From Squalus acanthias (lineage: Eukaryota): a stretch of DNA of 64,000 nt. This document shows, in pieces, positions 49,246 through 61,486 of the stretch. The position numbers and the translations under genes are program-made. Each line of letters starts with the position of its first letter. The first letter of the stretch is position 1. Location of the stretch: assembly GCA_030390025.1 (NCBI GenBank), contig CM059432.1, positions 87,050,001-87,114,000 of the forward strand, written 5' to 3'. Below the pieces are notes generated by a model, which was given only the letters and a program-made list of their open reading frames with translations, was not told the origin of the DNA and did not search any database.

Positions 49246-49688
49246 AATGACTAAGCATACCCCTCTGGCGTAGAGAATTCCAAAGATTCACAATCCTCTG
49301 AGTGAAGATGTTTCTCTTCAACTCAGTCCTAAATGGCCGACTCCTTATCCTAAGACTATGACCCCTAATTTTAGACTCTCCAGCCAGGGGAAACAGCCTC
49401 TCAGCATCTCCCCTGTCAAGCCCTCTAAGCCCTCGAAGCATTTTATATGTTTCAATGAGATCACCTCTCATTCTTCCAAACGCCAGAGAATAAAGGCCCA
49501 TTCTACTCAATCTTTCCTCATAGAACAACCCTCTCCTCCCAGGAATCAATCTCGTGAACCTCCATTGCACCCCCTCTCAGGCAAGTGTATCCTTCCTTAG
49601 GTAAGGAGACCAAAACTGTACACAGTACTCCAGGTGTGGTCTCACCAAAGTCCAATATAATTGCAGCAAGACTTCCTTACGCTTACAC
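49246..49688 (-). mobile_element. CR1 fragment (right part of the split copy)
   Basis: RFTRLIPG...YEERLSRMGLYSL...FTQRIVNLWNSL. Continues the sequence broken at 45028. Confidence 0.9.
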
Positions 49689-49696
49689 TTGTTGTT

Positions 49697-50630
49697 GTCA
49701 AGGGGAAAAACTTCCAGTGGCTGCAGTTACACAATACACAACAGGAAGAGTTGTGATTAATCAAGGCCAAGCAACGTAACCCCGGGACATTGCTGGAGTT
49801 TCTCAAGGCAGCGCCCTTGGCCCAACCATCTTTAGCTGCTTCAACGATGACCTTCCCTTTGTCACAAGGGCAACACGGTGGCATAGTGGTTAGCACTGTT
49901 GCCTCACAGCGCTAGGGACCCGGGTTCGAATCCGGCCTTGGGTGACTATCTGTGTGGAGTTTGCACATTCTCCCCGTGTCTGCGTGGGTTTGCTCCGGTT
50001 TCCTCCCACAGTCCAAAGATGTGTGGGTTAGGTTGATTTGGCTATGATAAATTGACCCTTAGTGTTAGGGGGATTAAATACATGGGGTTACGGGGATAGG
50101 GTGGGATATGTGTCGGTGCAGGCTCGATGGGCCGAAATGGCCTCTATCTGCACTGTGGGGATTCTGTGATTCTGTGAAGGTCAGGATTGATGATGATTCG
50201 AACATTCAGCTCTATTCATAACTCCTCTGATAACTAAACAGCCCAGTAGGATTTGGACAACATGTAGGCTTGGGCCAACATGTGGTAAGTAGCATTAACA
50301 CCAGATAAGTTCCAGGCAAAAAGAAAAAGCTCAACCACCTCCCCTGACTTTCAACAGCATCATCATTGCTCATTTCCTCCACCATCTACAAGTCACAAGT
50401 TTATTTTGACAGCACCTCCCAGCCCATGAGCTCCATCACTGAAGGTCAAGGGCAGCAGTTTCATGGAACACTATCACCTCCAAGTTTCACGCCAACCTGC
50501 ATTGAACATATATCACTCTTCATTGTCACTGGGTCAAAATCCTGAAATTCCCTATTTATCATTGTGGAGCACCATCACCACAATAACTGCAAGGGTTCAA
50601 GAAGGCAGCCCACCACCACCACCTCAAGGT
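49697..50630 (+). mobile_element. Degenerate LINE fragment of the same family as 58264-61243, interrupted by a SINE
   Basis: Collinear with about 60148-61170 (GGCCCAACCATCT..AGCTGCTTCA.C.ATGACCTTCCC and GGGTCAAAATCCTG). Confidence 0.75.
49868..50177 (+). mobile_element. tRNA-derived V-SINE, HE1-like, full length
   Basis: A box TGGCATAGTGG, B box GGTTCGAATCC, V-domain TGTGTGGAGTTTGCACATTCTCCCCGTGTCTGCGTGGGTTT, CR1-like tail (GGGCCGAAATGGCCT...(ATTCTGTG)2), AAG at both junctions. Confidence 0.9.
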
Positions 50631-51070
50631 AACAATTTATACACTGGCAATGGTTAGGCCACAGTTACAGCAGAGTGTGCAGATTTTGGTGTCCCAGTAT
50701 AGAAAGGATATTAAAGCCATAGAGATTTAGCATAGATTCATCAGGATAATACCAGGGATGGAAACCTGTAGTTAAGAGAGACTTGAGATTACTAACACTG
50801 GAGCTGGGGAGACCAAGAGGAGCTGTAATAGTGACCAATTTAAAATGGTCATGAAGAGAATGACAAGAGTGATTAGGAATAATTTATTTATGCAGAGTTT
50901 TGTTGAAGCAGGGCATGCTTTGCTACAAGAAGTGGTTGAGGAGACATCACTGCACCTTTTAAGGAAAAATAATGGTTAAGTATGTGAAACAGGGAAGGGA
51001 TTAGTTCTAGCCTTCTCCTGTTAATAAACTTCTTCAGTTCTATTGTTGGCCGAATGGCCTTTTCTCATCC
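50630..51070 (+). mobile_element. Old CR1 3' fragment
   Basis: GGTTAGGCCACAG...TGTGCAG..TTTTGG remnant and GGCCGAATGGCCT 3' motif. Confidence 0.55.
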
Positions 51071-51419
51071 TTCATTTCATTGTCACATGTAGTCTATATT
51101 TTAATATTATATCATGCAGTTGCAGTGAGCATTGCAGTTCACACATGCCTTGAGTTGCAATACCCAAGGAAAAGCTGAATGTTGCCAGTAGACCCTTTCC
51201 ATCCACCCCCACCCACCCTCCCATTTATTTTTGTAGCCTTTCTCACCTAGTGATTAGACAGGTTAGGTATAAATATTTATTTCAGAGTGAGTATTGACAC
51301 CACTATGTCAGCCAATGAGTTGGAGACAGGGCAGGACTGACAGAACACAATCTATTTACTCAGCAAACAGAGTCTATTTAAACAGAGACTCTATGAACTA
51401 CAGCAAACAGAACTCATGA

Positions 51420-51870
51420 CTGAAACTTATCTCCTTTAAGTACAGCCAGCCTTTCTAATACTTCTTCTTTATCAATTTTTATACTATCAAGAGTCTTCAC
51501 TACCTCCTCCTTCACTATGTATAGGGCAGCATCCTCTTCCTTGGTGAAGACAGATGCAAAGTATTCATTTAGTACCTCAACCATACCCTCTGCCTCCATG
51601 CATAGATCTCCTTTTTGGTCCCTAATCAGCCCCACCCCTCCTCTTACTACCCTTTTACTATTTATATGTCTATAGAAGACTTTTGGATTACCTTTTATGT
51701 TGGCTGCCATTCTATTCTCATACCCTCTCTTTGCCCCTCTTATTTTCTTTTTCCCTTCTCCTCTGACCTTTCTATATATAGCCTGATTCTCAGATGTATT
51801 TGCAACCTGACATCTCTTTTTCTGCTTCATCATATTGGCTATCTGTTTCTTCATCCAGGGAGCTCTGACT
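51420..51870 (-). mobile_element. CR1 ORF2 internal fragment (endonuclease-RT linker)
   Basis: IKGNPKVFYRHINSKR and EVLNEYFASVFTKE. Confidence 0.85.
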
Positions 51871-53629
51871 TTTTGAAGTGTCTCCTATAATGCCTCAGTG
51901 TATTTACTTGTAATTGAAACAAATCAAACTAAAATAAAGAAATAAAAAAAGTTGAGCATCTTTTGGCCAAATCAAGTTGGAAGTTACAAAATATAAACTG
52001 AGAAATAATTTCAAAATGCAGAAATGATGACTGTGACGGAATGAGTGGGAATTATTTAAAGAAAAGAAAAGTAAAAGCTTATGGACATGCACAAGACCTC
52101 CCCCAATTCTCCCATCCACAAGCATCTATAAGTCTGTACTGAGTTACAGGCTTGTGACATCTCACATCACAAGCTCTCAACCATAGACACGCTACTTCAG
52201 GAAGTTGCAGAGCACAGACTTGGAACTGGCAATATAGAAAATGCTACTGCTGTTGAGGCTGCCGCGAAACACGAATTAAGGCTGAATCCATGTGTGGAAA
52301 ACAAGAGACTTTTTTAATGTAACTGCATGGTACAAAATGGCTGAACAGGCTGCTCCCAGAATTCTCTGGAAAAATCCTGAGGCCCCGCCCACTCCTGCCT
52401 TAAAGGTAAGGTGCCTTAAAGGGAAGGTGCTCGATATTTGTCCACAGACGGAAAAGTGGATAATGCCCGTATAGGTGGCGATCCGCCACACTGCTAGTAT
52501 TGCGCTAAATTCTGGTACTAGTAAACCTACATCAGATAGAAGAGTGCTAGTAGGAAATCTTACTCAATTACAATATTTATCCACTGATATACTTGAAAAA
52601 GAAACATTTGCATGGCTTTGGGGAAAGAGCGGGGGTGAGGGATTAATTGGATAGCTCTTTCAAAGCGCACAATGGGCAAAGTGGCCTCTTTCTGTGCTGT
52701 TAAATTCTATGATTCTACATACATTCATGAATAGTCTTTCAGAGGGTCGCTCCCCTTCAATTATCTCCCCCTGAAGACTGCGACTCATGCTGAGGTTAGT
52801 TCCATGGGTGCAGCTGCCTCTCCAATAGCTTGCAAAAGTGGCCATTTTTCTCTTCCAAGCCCGGATAGGACTGTGATCATCATCAGACTATCTGAGCATA
52901 ACGGGGAAGTGGGCAGGAGGAAGGAGAGCATTCAAGCTGCTGTGACACATCCTCACCCAAGGTCTCCACACCAACGCACATCTGGAGTGGGAAACCTGAA
53001 TAATTATTTTTGGCTTTCAGGCACACAAGTATCAGGGTCGAATATGGAACCCATGAACACCCAGCTCACATCAATTCTGTTCCCAAATACTAAACCACAA
53101 TTCCCTCAGTGTCATATAATGTCATGGGTTTAACTATTGAGCAGTTCTGGAGTGCGACTGAATTACTGCAAAGAAAGAAAGACTTGGCATTTACAGAGTA
53201 GCTTTCACCACCTCAGGATGTCATAAAGTGCCCCACAGCCACCCCTAAAGCTTAGCCACCATTGCAATGCAGGGAAACACGGCCGCCAACCTGCGTACAG
53301 CATGGTCCCACAAAGAGCAATTTGAAGTTAAGGCTTAAAATAGTCAGACAAAGATTCCAGCCAGCCGCCAGTCCTGTAACTTTTTTAATGTGTTTCCCAT
53401 TGCATTACACCCACAGTTTAAATTAAAATCTCTTGCAAATTCTCCACCTTTTCTGCAGTATTCTACCCTCACCCGCTCCCAGGCAGCACAGCACACCACA
53501 GTAATATCAAGCACAGAATTAAAGCAGCATTGTTTGATATGCCCACGGTCAAGTCTGTCCTGACAGTCACACATAGGGAATGGCCATTTGGGTGAGGTTC
53601 CAGTGGGCTGCTGACACCTGTGGGAGTAT

Positions 53630-54495
53630 GGGGCAAATTTTAACCCCAAAAAAACAGGTGGGTTGGGGTCGGGTGGGAAGTTAAAGTGTTAACAATTTGA
53701 ATCCCGACCAGAACCCGCCTCCAACCTGCCCACTTCTGGTTTTAACAGGGGCGGGACAGGGGACGGGCAGCCAACCCGCTCCCAGGGTTAAAATTTAAAT
53801 ATTATAATGAGGCTGGCGTGCCTCAGATTTAACCACCATTTTAAATTTAACAGTGGCTGATCGGGCTTTGCAGGCCTCGTGAAACTCGCCAGCTAATGGA
53901 AGACAAGGACTGCTGGATCCAGGACGTAAGTGCCTTTACACTGGATCCAGTGTTCCTACCTAACCCACCCCCGCTATCGGAGACACCTCACAAGGCCTCC
54001 GATCCCCCACCCAGGCCTCCGACTCCCTCCACGAAGCCACCTCTCCCATGTTCCTCTGGCCCCCGATGTCATCTGTCAACCCCACCACCCCCCTCCACCG
54101 CGCTCATCCTGCCCTCCGATGATGCTCCTGGGCTCCCGATGAGCTCCCGACCCGTCCCCGCCCCCTGCTGCTTTAGCCTTCCGAAGAGCCCCCCACCACG
54201 AGGCCTCAGATGCTCTACCCCAGTCCTCTAATTCCTCCCAAGAGGCCTCCCCTCCCATGCTCCTCTGGCCCCCCCCGATGTAGTCTTCCTCCCCCCCCAA
54301 TGCTCCTCCGGCCCCCTGTTGTACTCTGGAACCCTCCCCCTGCTCATCGGGCCCTCCGATGATGCTCCCGACGCCCCCCCCCCACTCATCCAGCTGTCCG
54401 ATCAGCTGCTCCGGCCCCCAATAAGCTCCCGACACCCCTCCGCTCCTCCGGCTTTCCGATCAGCCACTCCAGTCCCTGATGAGCTCCCGATCCAC
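53630..54495. mobile_element. Partial Harbinger-like non-autonomous element with a C-rich repetitive interior
   Basis: Start GGGGCAAATTTTAACCCC. Subterminal GGGTCGGGTGGGAA and AACCCGCCTCCAACC motifs shared with 3700-3790 and 45060-45130. No right end found. Confidence 0.55.
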
Positions 54496-54499
54496 TCTA

Positions 54500-55085
54500 C
54501 TACAGCACAGAGGGAAGCCATTTGGCCCATTAAACCTGTGCCAGGTCTCTGAAGATGCTATCTACTTAGTTCCATTCCTCTACTCTTTCCCTGTAGCCTT
54601 CAAAATTGTCCTTTTTCAAATATTTATTCACTTCCCTTTAAAAATCTATTATATATTCTGTTTCTGACACTGTTTTTGGTAAAGCTTTCCATGTGCTAAA
54701 ACACATAAAAAAATCTTCTCCTGATGATGATCTTAAATTTGTGTGCTCCAGTTTCTGACTGACGGGCCTGTGGAAATAATGATTCCCTATTTACCTCATC
54801 AAAATTTCTCATCATATTGAATCTCTATCAGATCTCTTCTTAACCTTCTCAGTTCTCATGAAAAGAGTCCCTCTTTTTATATAGTTTCATAATTATGGCC
54901 TCTCAACCATAGTATCTTTTTAGTAAATGGCTTTTGTACCCACACCAAGGCCTTGATATCCTCCCTAAAGTAAGGCACCCAGAACGGGACACAATATGCT
55001 AACTGTGGCCTCACCAATGATTTGTTTAGGTTTAGCAATACTTGCTTGTTTTTGTACTCTGTGTGTCTAATCTTTTACAACTTCA
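54500..55085 (-). mobile_element. Old CR1 3' fragment
   Basis: CAGCACAGAGGGAAGCCATTTGGCCC 3' motif and reverse-strand VRPQLAYCVPFWVPY-like remnant near 54970-55015. Confidence 0.65.
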
Positions 55086-55492
55086 TCCAAACCAATTAAT
55101 CTCCTGAAAAAAAGTTCTGCAAAGTTTATCAAACAAAACTATTTAACCTTACATCTTACTTATTCATTCAAAACCAGTTGCCCTCCTTTGCATAACATTT
55201 TGATAGTCCAGTAGCTCAGGAACCATCATGTTCCACATAACATTCAACTGCTTGTATCTGTATTTATCCTTATATCCTATTCCAAGTTAGATATTCACCC
55301 AGCTCTTTAAAAAAAGCATTATTTTTGACAAAGCATTAACTGCTTTACCATCTCCATGACTGTGGATAAAAAATGCTTCTAATCTTTAGTCTTGCTTGCA
55401 GTTTGTTAATTTTACACTCATGTTCTCCAGTTTTGCATTCACACATCAAATTTGCACCTACATTATTCACTCCTTGCAGCATTTTAACATCA

Positions 55493-56535
55493 GGAGGGTT
55501 ATTTTGGCCAAAGGGTGAAAACAGGCGGTAAATGTGTGCTGTGCTAATAAGAAACGCCTGTTTTGTAAGTGTGGATTTAGCATGCAATTTTCAGATTAAT
55601 TGATAATTATCATGATTTAAACATGCCTGCAGGCGCTGAAACTGACAACTGCAGGTTTAGCACTCAAGCGCTGATTAGACACAATTTTCCTGGAGCTGTA
55701 TATGTAGCCTATATTCACCCACTTCCACTGAAGGTGTGGAGTGCGCTGGCTGGGAGTGAAGCCAACGTGGAAGGATGTCTCAGGGACCTAGAGAGAGGGC
55801 GCCCAGGTTCTCAGATGCAGCACTGGAGGTCCAGGTGGGAGAGGTCCAGGGAGGAAGGATGTCCTCTACCCGTAGGGGTGACGGAGTCCACCTCGGCCTC
55901 CTGTCCCTCTCTCCTGCAGCAGCTGGTGCTGCTCTGCCTGGCCTCTCATGTCCTCCTCCCATTCCTCCTGCAGACCAAGGGGACCCTTAGAAAGGTGCCC
56001 ATGACCAAGCACTCCCTTTCTCCTGGTGACTCCTATAAGGTGTCCAATAAGGTCGAGTAGCATAGCACTCACTCTTTTTAGCTGAAGTCCTCAGAGAATT
56101 TCCAGAATAAATGTTGATAGTGTGTTGGTGAAGTCTTGACAAAGTGTCCCAGAAATTCTCCTGATGTGTTTCAAAAGTCCTCTTCAAACTTCCAGCAGCA
56201 AGTGACCAGTAAAAGGTGATATACCTTTAAGTAGCACTCGCAATCCTCTGCAATGACTAGTTTACTCCCAGTCAGCTGGTTGCTGTTAGGAGAGGGTGTT
56301 AGATCATGCGCTATTCACCAAAGTACTGTGCAGTCTTCTTAATGAGCGTTACTAGGCAATTACAGTGACAATCAGCTGCTTAACGATCCTCTGGGTGGCC
56401 ATTCCTAGCGCGTGCTTCAAATCCTTTATCAAGATGGCGTCTTGCACGAAACGTGGGCTAAAGTAGCGTTTCAGCTTAAGACCCCCATCTTGGCCACCTC
56501 TTTAGTGCCTAAAGTATCCAGGGAAAATCGCCACC
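55493..56535. mobile_element. Old internally deleted Harbinger relic
   Basis: Myb N-terminus MSQGPRERAPRFSDAALEV (55775, +) abuts a transposase 5'-like segment on the minus strand. Terminus-like GGGAAAATCGCCACC near 56521-56535. Confidence 0.55.
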
Positions 56536-56861
56536 CAGGTCTCCTCTCAAGATTCTTTTCAGTAACAAAAGCAAGTTCAGCTCTAAGGGTCTTTTCCCAT
56601 AATTTAGAGCCCTAAGTCTGGAACATCCTTGTTGCTCTCCTCTGAACTCTCTATAGTACATGAATGCCCTTCTCAAAGTAAGCTTTCCAAAACTGCACAC
56701 ATTGTTCGAACTGAAGCCTCGCTAATGATCCACACAGGAATAACTTGTTCCATCTTATAGTCTTTGATATTATTTATTGTGGGCTGAAATTCTTCAGATC
56801 ATGGACAGTAATACTTCAGTGTTCCAGCTAATTAAACATTTTTTTTAATCACAGAGATCTA

Positions 56862-59800
56862 GGCCGGAATTTTCCAGGGGGTCAGTGGGTGGGATCGGTG
56901 GCAGGTTGGGACCCCGCTGTCAACCCGCCGCCACGCGCCTTTCCCAATGTCAGGTCTGTCAGCGTTGAGCAGACCCGCCACGCAGTGGCGGGGGACCCAA
57001 TTAAGCTGATTATTGCCTTGTTGACAGATCATTAATAATACGTTTAACCTTACCTTTTCTCTTCAACTGCTTGCCCATGGGGTCCATGTTGCTAGGGGAT
57101 CAAGTCTATTAAGCTGAGGTGGAAGTTGAATTGCCATTGAATGAGCTGATTTCTTGACAGTTTGAAATGTGCTATAAAAGCTCCCACCTCACAGCTGTTC
57201 ACTTTCCAAGCTCAGAAGCTGTTGCTTACACCATTTGGAACACAGATTGAGCTTTATGCAGGCTGCAAGTGTTTGGAGCAAACTCTCTATTGGAACAACC
57301 TCTCTCAGCATTGACAGCTTGCTTCTGTCATCTCAACTTCACCTGCCATCTATTCCATCAGCATGGGTACCATTTATACTGTTTCATCTTGGTCCTCAGA
57401 ATCCCACCACGATCAGCCCCAGCTCCAGCAGAACCAGGCACACCAGCAGCACCAACAACACCAACCTTCTCCACAATCACCTGATGCTGCACAGGACACA
57501 GGGCATCAGCAGTGACCACATTGTTGCCCGGGAGGCCAGGGATGGCCTCACCATGGCCAGATTTACTTCACTTGATGCTGTACACCCTGGCTGCCACATG
57601 ATATGCCAGGTTGGCACCACCCCACACGAACACCATAAAGCATCCCTACAATGTCCAAGCCATTCCTTTCACACTCATCACCATTGCGGGGGTAACGTTA
57701 TGTCTCACCATTCACTGGAACTTACTGAGCCACTTCCAAAGGTGCACACAAATCTGTCCGAGAATGGAAAGTGTTGAAAATAAAGGTTTCAATGTTTGAC
57801 AGCACATTAACAGAAACTTTACATGAACATTGGATAAAACACCCAAGTGCCTACCCTTGTGTGTTGTTAGTTGGTATGATTGCACTAGGATGAGGGTGAG
57901 TGTGAGGGGTGGCTAGTGAAATGGGGATGTGATAATGTAGATAGAGAGAGAGAGAGAGAGGGATGAGTGGAGGTGCAAGGTATGTTGGTGTGAGTAAGGA
58001 TGTGCAGAAGTAGGGTTGGGAAGGCAGAGTGATGGGGATGTGATGAGTGGCACAGCAGGATGAGGTTGAGTGTGGCTTTGTACTAATGTTTTGTGATCTA
58101 TTGAGATCATTGAAAGGTTTGCGTCACTGCACCCAGGTCCTCCTGACCACATTCCTGCTTGTGCCCTCCTCTGCAATGTGCAACCAGGCTGCGTTGATCT
58201 CCAGTGGAGGTCTCTTCCACCCATCAGAAGAGAAGAGGGCCTCCCTGTGTGCTCTGACTCCCTGCCCTCTGAAATGGCCTAGCAAGCCACTCAGTTGTAA
58301 CAAACCGCTATGAAACACAATAATAAGAATAAAACCGGACGGACCACCCGGCATCGACCTCGGCACCAGCTACGGACACGACAACAGCACACCCAGCCCA
58401 GTCGACCCTGCAAAGTCCTCCTCACCAACATCTGGGGACTTGTACCAAAACTGGGAGAGCTGTCCCACAGACTAGTCAAGCAACAGCCTGACATAGTCAG
58501 TACTCACAGAATCATACCTTTCAGCCAATGTCCCAAACTCCACCATCACCATCCCTGGGTATGTCCTGTCCCACCGGCAGGACAGACCCACCAGGAGTGG
58601 GGCACAGTGGTATACAGTCGGGAAGGAGTGGCCCTGGGAGTCCTCAACATTGACTCCAGACCCCATGAAGTCTCATGGCTTCAGGTCAAGCATGGGCAAG
58701 GAAACCTCCTGCTGATTACCACCTACCGCCCTCCCTCAGCTGTTGAACACCACTTGGAAGAAGCACTGAGAGTAGCAAGGGCACAGAATGTACTCTGGGT
58801 GGGGGACTTCAATGTCCATCACCAAGAGTGGCTCGGTAGCACCACTACTGACCGAGCTGGCCGAGTCCTGAAGGACATAGCTGCCAGTCTAGGCTTGCGA
58901 TAGGTGGTGAGAGAACCAACACGAGGGAAAAACCTACTTGACCTCGTCCTCACCAATCTGCCTGTCGCAGATGCATCTGTCCATGACAGCATTGGTAGCA
59001 GTGACCACCGTACAGTCATTGCAGAGACGAAGTCCCATCTTCACACTGAGGACACCCTCCATTGTGTTGTGTGGCACTACCACCGTGCTAAATGGGATAG
59101 ATTCAGAACAGATCTAGCAGCTCAAAACTGGGCATCCATGAGGCGCTGTGGGCCATCAGCAGCAGCAGAATTGTATTCCACCACAATCAGTAACCTCATG
59201 GCCCGGCATATCCCTCACTCTACCATTACCATCAAGCCAGGTGACCAACCCTGGTTCATTAAGAAGTGTAGAAGAGCATGCCAGGAGCAGCACCAGGTGT
59301 ACCTAAAAATGAGGTGCCAACCTGGGGATGCTGCAACACAGGATTACATGCATGCTAAAAAGCAGAAGCAGCATGCTATAGACAGGGCTAAGCATTCCCA
59401 CAATCAAGGGATCAGATCAAAGCTCTGCAGTCCTGCCACATCCAGTCGTGAATGGTGGTGGACTATTAAACAACTAACGGGAGGAGGAGGCTCCATGAAT
59501 ATCCCCATCCTCAATGATGGTCGAGCCCAGCACGTGAGTGCAAAAGACAAGGCTGAAGCATTTGCAACCATCTTCAGCCAGAAGTGCCGAGTGGATGATC
59601 CATATCGGCCTCCTCCTGAGGTCCCCACCATCACAGAAGCCAGTCTTCAGCCAATTCGATTCACTCCACGTGCTATCAAGAAACGGTTGAGCGTAAAGGC
59701 TATGGGCCCCGACAACATCCCGGCTGTCGTGCTGAAGACCTGTGCTCCAGATCTAGTCGCACCTCTAGCCAAGTTGTTCCAGTACAGCTACAACACTGGC

Positions 59801-61486
59801 ATCTATCCGACAATGTGGAAAACTGCCCAGGTATGTCCTGTCCACAAAAAGCAGGACAAATCCAACCCGGCCAATTACTGCCCCATCAGTCTACTCTCAA
59901 TCATCGGCAAAGTGATGGAAGGTGTCATCGACAGTGCTATCAAGCGGCACTTACTCACTAATAACCTGCTCACTGATGCCCAGTTTGGGTTCCGCCAGGA
60001 CCACTCAGCTCCAGACAGCCTTGGTCCAAACATGGACAAAGGAGCTGAATTCCAGAGGTGAGGTGAGAGTGACTACCCTTGACATCAAGGCAGCATTTGA
60101 CCGAGTGTGGCATCAAGGAGCCCTAGTAAAACTGAAGTCAATGGGAATCAGGGGAAAAACTCTCCACTGGCTGCAGTCATACCAAGCACAAAGGAAGATG
60201 GTTGTGGTGGTTGGTGGTCAATCATCACAGCTCCAGGACATCACTGCAGGAGTTCCTCAGGGCAGTGTCCTAGGCCCAACCATCTCCAGCTGCTTCATCA
60301 ATGACCTTCCCTCCATCATAAGGTCAGAAATGAGGATGTTCGCTGATGACTGCACAGTGTTCAGTGCCATTCGCAACTCTTCAGATAATGAAGCAGTCCA
60401 TGCCCGCATGCAACAAGACCCGGACGACATTCAGGCTTGGGCTGATAAGTGGCAGGTAACATTCGCGCCACACAATTGCCAGGCAATCACTATCTCCAAC
60501 AAGCGAGAGTCTAACCACCGTCCCTTGACATTCAACGGCATTGCCATCGCTGAATCCCCCACCATCAACATCCTGGGGGTCACCATTGACCAGAAACTTA
60601 ACTGGACCAGTCACATAAATACTGTGGCAACAAGAGCAGGTCAGAGGCTAGGTATTCTGCGGTGGGTGTCTCACCTCCTGACTCCCCAAAGCCTTTCCAC
60701 CATCTACAAGGCACAAGTAAGGAGTGTGATGGAATACTCTCCGCTTGCCTGGATGAGTGCAGCTCCAACAACACTCAAGAAGCTTGACACCATCCAGGAC
60801 AAAGCAGCCCGCTTGATTGGCACCCCATCCACCACCTTAAACAGTCACTCCCTCCACCACCGGTGCACCGTGGCTGCAGTGTGTACCATCTACAAGATGC
60901 ACTGCAGCTACTCGCCAAGGCTCCTTCGGCAGCACCTCCCAAACCGCGACCTCTACCACCTAGAAGGACAAGGGCAGCAGGCGCATGGGAACACCACCAC
61001 CTCCAAGTTACCCTCCAAGTCACACACCATCCTGACTTGGAAATATATCACCGATCCTTCATCGTCGCTGGGCCAAAATCCTGGAACTCCCTCCCTAACA
61101 TTACTGTGGGAGTACATTCACCACATAGACTGCAGCGGTTCAAGAAGGTGGCTCATCACTACCATCTCAAGGGCAACTAGGGATGGGCAATAAATGCTGA
61201 CCATGCCAGCTACGCCCAGATCCCATAAATGAATTAAAAAAAAAGCACAAATGTCAAGATAAAGTTGGCCATGGTCCCTTTAAGGAAACCGGCTGATGAT
61301 GCGTCATGAAATGACGTCACCAGACCCGTTTCCTCTAATTGGCCCTGGGTAAACGTGCTGGGTGGGCTTAACAAGCCCCTTCAAAGGAAATTCACTTCAC
61401 AGAGCGGGATGGATCCAGCAGCGGGGTCGCAACCCGCCACCGACATCGCCCGCCACGGACCTGCCGAGGTCAGCAAACTCGCAGCC
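56862..61486. mobile_element. Non-autonomous Harbinger deletion derivative, copy B (inverted relative to A), with a nested LINE
   Basis: Ends GGCCGGAATTTTCC ... GCAAACTCGCAGCC. Collinear with the reverse complement of 39649-41890, including the same deletion junctions. Confidence 0.9.
58264..61243 (+). mobile_element. APE/RT non-LTR retrotransposon (CR1/L2/Jockey group, clade unresolved), near-complete ORF2
   Basis: TNIWGL, YRPP, GDFNVHH, LDLVLTN, SDH (endonuclease). GPDNIP, LDIKAAFDRVWH, GVPQGSVLGP, FADD (RT). AATAAA and A-tail. A few stops and frameshifts. Confidence 0.93.

Noticed and set aside
49868..49940. tRNA gene
   Set aside because: The A and B boxes belong to a SINE head that continues into the V-domain and LINE-derived tail.
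51361..51415. Short direct repeats (CAGCAAACAGA)
   Set aside because: This is a small local duplication beside a CR1 fragment with no evidence of function.
54476..54500. CTGATGA as a hammerhead core
   Set aside because: There is no stem II or GAAA downstream. It is a variant of the local CCGATGAG repeat.
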